Assembly (NCBI GenBank): GCA_964016885.1
Contig: OZ024747.1
Span: forward strand, 69,378,001-69,442,000
From: Eledone cirrhosa
Lineage: Eukaryota
DNA length: 64,000 nt
Direction: 5' to 3'
Made by a program: the position numbers and the translations under genes
The notes under the pieces: model-generated
Databases searched by the model: none
Told to the model about the DNA's origin: nothing
The model's input: the letters and a program-made list of their open reading frames with translations, nothing else
Shown here: positions 62,046 to 64,000 of the stretch, piece after piece
Layout of the letters: each line of letters starts with the position of its first letter
Numbering within the stretch: position 1 is the first letter of the stretch

Positions 62046-62559
62046 TAAGTTAGTTTGATTACCAGGGAATAAGGGAGTAGAACTGGTGGTTCTGAATATA
62101 TATATATATTCATATATATATATGCGTGTGTATGTACGTTTGTGTGCATGCGTATGTGTGTAACATAATACACCGTAAGCAACAATTCATAATTATATAT
62201 AAAGAATAAAATAGACCTTCATTGGTTTCTATAATCATTGTTCAGTTTGTCCGATCAACATAACAGCCTGGTACAGTGCATTCGACGACTTCTACATAGT
62301 TTCCCCATATCCTCTTTCTGTTACTGGGTTTATGTGGGTCATCCTAATTTATGGTAATGACGCTTACTTAAGATGCCATGCAGTAGGATTGAACTTGGAA
62401 TTTTACTATTGCAAAGCTAACTTCGTAGCCCATTCGAGTGGACTGCAACTCTATATTGATACATTGTATTTTTTATTCTTATATACTTTTAGTGGTTTCA
62501 GTCATGCCTTAATATGCCACGTATATTCACACCTGTATACAAGCACACACGTGTGCGTG

Positions 62560-62735
62560 TGTGTTGAACTTACGATCAGAATGTCGTGGGTTCGAATCCT
62601 GGATTAAGTTGTGTGTTATATTCTTGTGCAAAGCACTACATTTCACGTTGCTCCAGTATACTAAGTCAAAACGTTTTATAAGCAATAGCTGGGGATTTAA
62701 CCCTGCAATGGACTGACGACATGTCCAAGGAGGAG
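62560..62735 (+). mobile_element. SINE family B copy, lacking the A box
   Basis: GTCGTGGGTTCGAATCCTGG..TTTCACGTTGCTCCAGT..CCCTGCAATGGACTG matches 46020-46190. Confidence 0.78.
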
Positions 62736-63931
62736 TCTATTTTGACACTTCTTGCATAAAGTATTAAAACGTATTTAAAAAAATAGGATTTATACATTAT
62801 ATTCTATAATTAAAAATAATTTAAACCATAGATATGTATTAAGTATTTACTTAATTCAATCTATAAGAAATAGCTATCAATGAGAAACGTGGGTTTGTTT
62901 TAGAGTGACATTTTCATTATTTTGATTTATCTGAGTTAAATATACTAGGATTTAACAATTTAACCTTCTTTGTGGGGCATTACCTTCATCTAACGCCTTA
63001 TCGATGTGCCGCAGGGTACCATTTGGATATCACGGCAGTAAAGAAAACAAAGGGTCCGAGAAAAGGTTGAGAAAATAGAGAAGTTGTTTTCAATAACTTC
63101 AAACTCCAGTCTTTGATTGAAATAGGAAATAAATGGAGGTGGAAATTTGGGAAATAAAATATTTTCACCATTCATTTTCTTTTATGTTTCATAGTACTTA
63201 CCAACATTACCAATGCATATAAACATATAGAATTCTAACGAGCAAATGTACACGTTGAATGGGACAAGAATATGTGCTAAACCATCGGTAGACCACGTGA
63301 TACAGATAACATATCTGGTTTTTATTACCTTAAGTAGGTATTAATATTAGGACTAATAGTATTGAGAACTGTATGGCCAGAGTAAACTCTTGGTTAGCCT
63401 AGTCCATAAATTGATTTTAATTCTGAGTTATAACTATATCATTTCACTTAGATTATAAATGATATTGAAAAAGTTATTAATGTCACCAACATTCATTTCA
63501 TAACTCGTATAAATTTGAGGCTTTGTCCCTATATAAGAAACCAATTTTAAGGTGGGATTTGATTGGATACATCCGTATCCTAAGTATGCTTGAGCAGAGA
63601 TGATATGGGCTAACCCCCCCCCCCCCCAGTACCACCACTACCACCACCGTAACAGCAACAACAAAAACAATCATTTTAAAAGATCATATTGTCTAAGAAC
63701 TTGTGAGAAGAAAAAGTATATTTTCACTATATGCAAATCAAAATAAAAACCCTACCATGTCTTCAATAGCTATGGCTAATAAGAATTAAAAGTCTGTAAA
63801 TCTAATTCTAATATCAAGTTTATTTATCATGTAAGTAAGATATGTATTTCTTTTCTCATTTAGATAAAAACTATCCGAGAGTTTGAAGGTTCGTATCATA
63901 ATCACTTGCATTATATTTTAAGCTAAAGCTA

Positions 63932-64000
63932 AGGGCGGTGTTTTGGTAGAATCGGTAGAGCATCGGACAACATGATTTGCGGTATATAGTTACCCTTTTA
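63932..64000 (+). mobile_element. SINE family A head, running off the window
   Basis: AGGGCGGTGTTTTGGTAGAATCGGTAGAGCATCGGAC. Confidence 0.65.

Noticed and set aside
62984-63175. Possible host exon (61-aa ORF, GTAATG donor-like site)
   Set aside because: Stops in all three frames before the donor and no recognisable protein similarity.

Overview
AT-rich eukaryotic (invertebrate) repeat DNA, probably an octopod cephalopod (inferred from its tRNA-derived SINEs). I found no host protein-coding gene, and nearly all long ORFs in the track are (TA)n artefacts. Positions 1-38.4 kb are a degenerate (TA)n/(TACA)n microsatellite field into which several retroelements have inserted. These are three CR1-group LINE copies (APE+RT), three Penelope-like elements (PLEs; RT + C-terminal GIY-YIG) and two non-coding tandem families with 310-nt and ~465-nt units. 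Each unit is highly self-complementary and carries one minimal type I hammerhead ribozyme (HHR), which fits retrozymes spreading through circular RNA. About 20 HHR motif copies from at least six sequence families can be read directly. Five HHR-bearing inserts are fold-back structures with 5' ends joined centrally and 3' ends pointing outward, mostly into TA. One retrozyme copy is fused directly behind a PLE's own ribozyme. Positions 38.4-64 kb are ordinary intergenic or intronic DNA with SINEs, decayed CRE/RTE/PLE fragments, a minisatellite and microsatellites. All structures were folded by eye; no searches were run.
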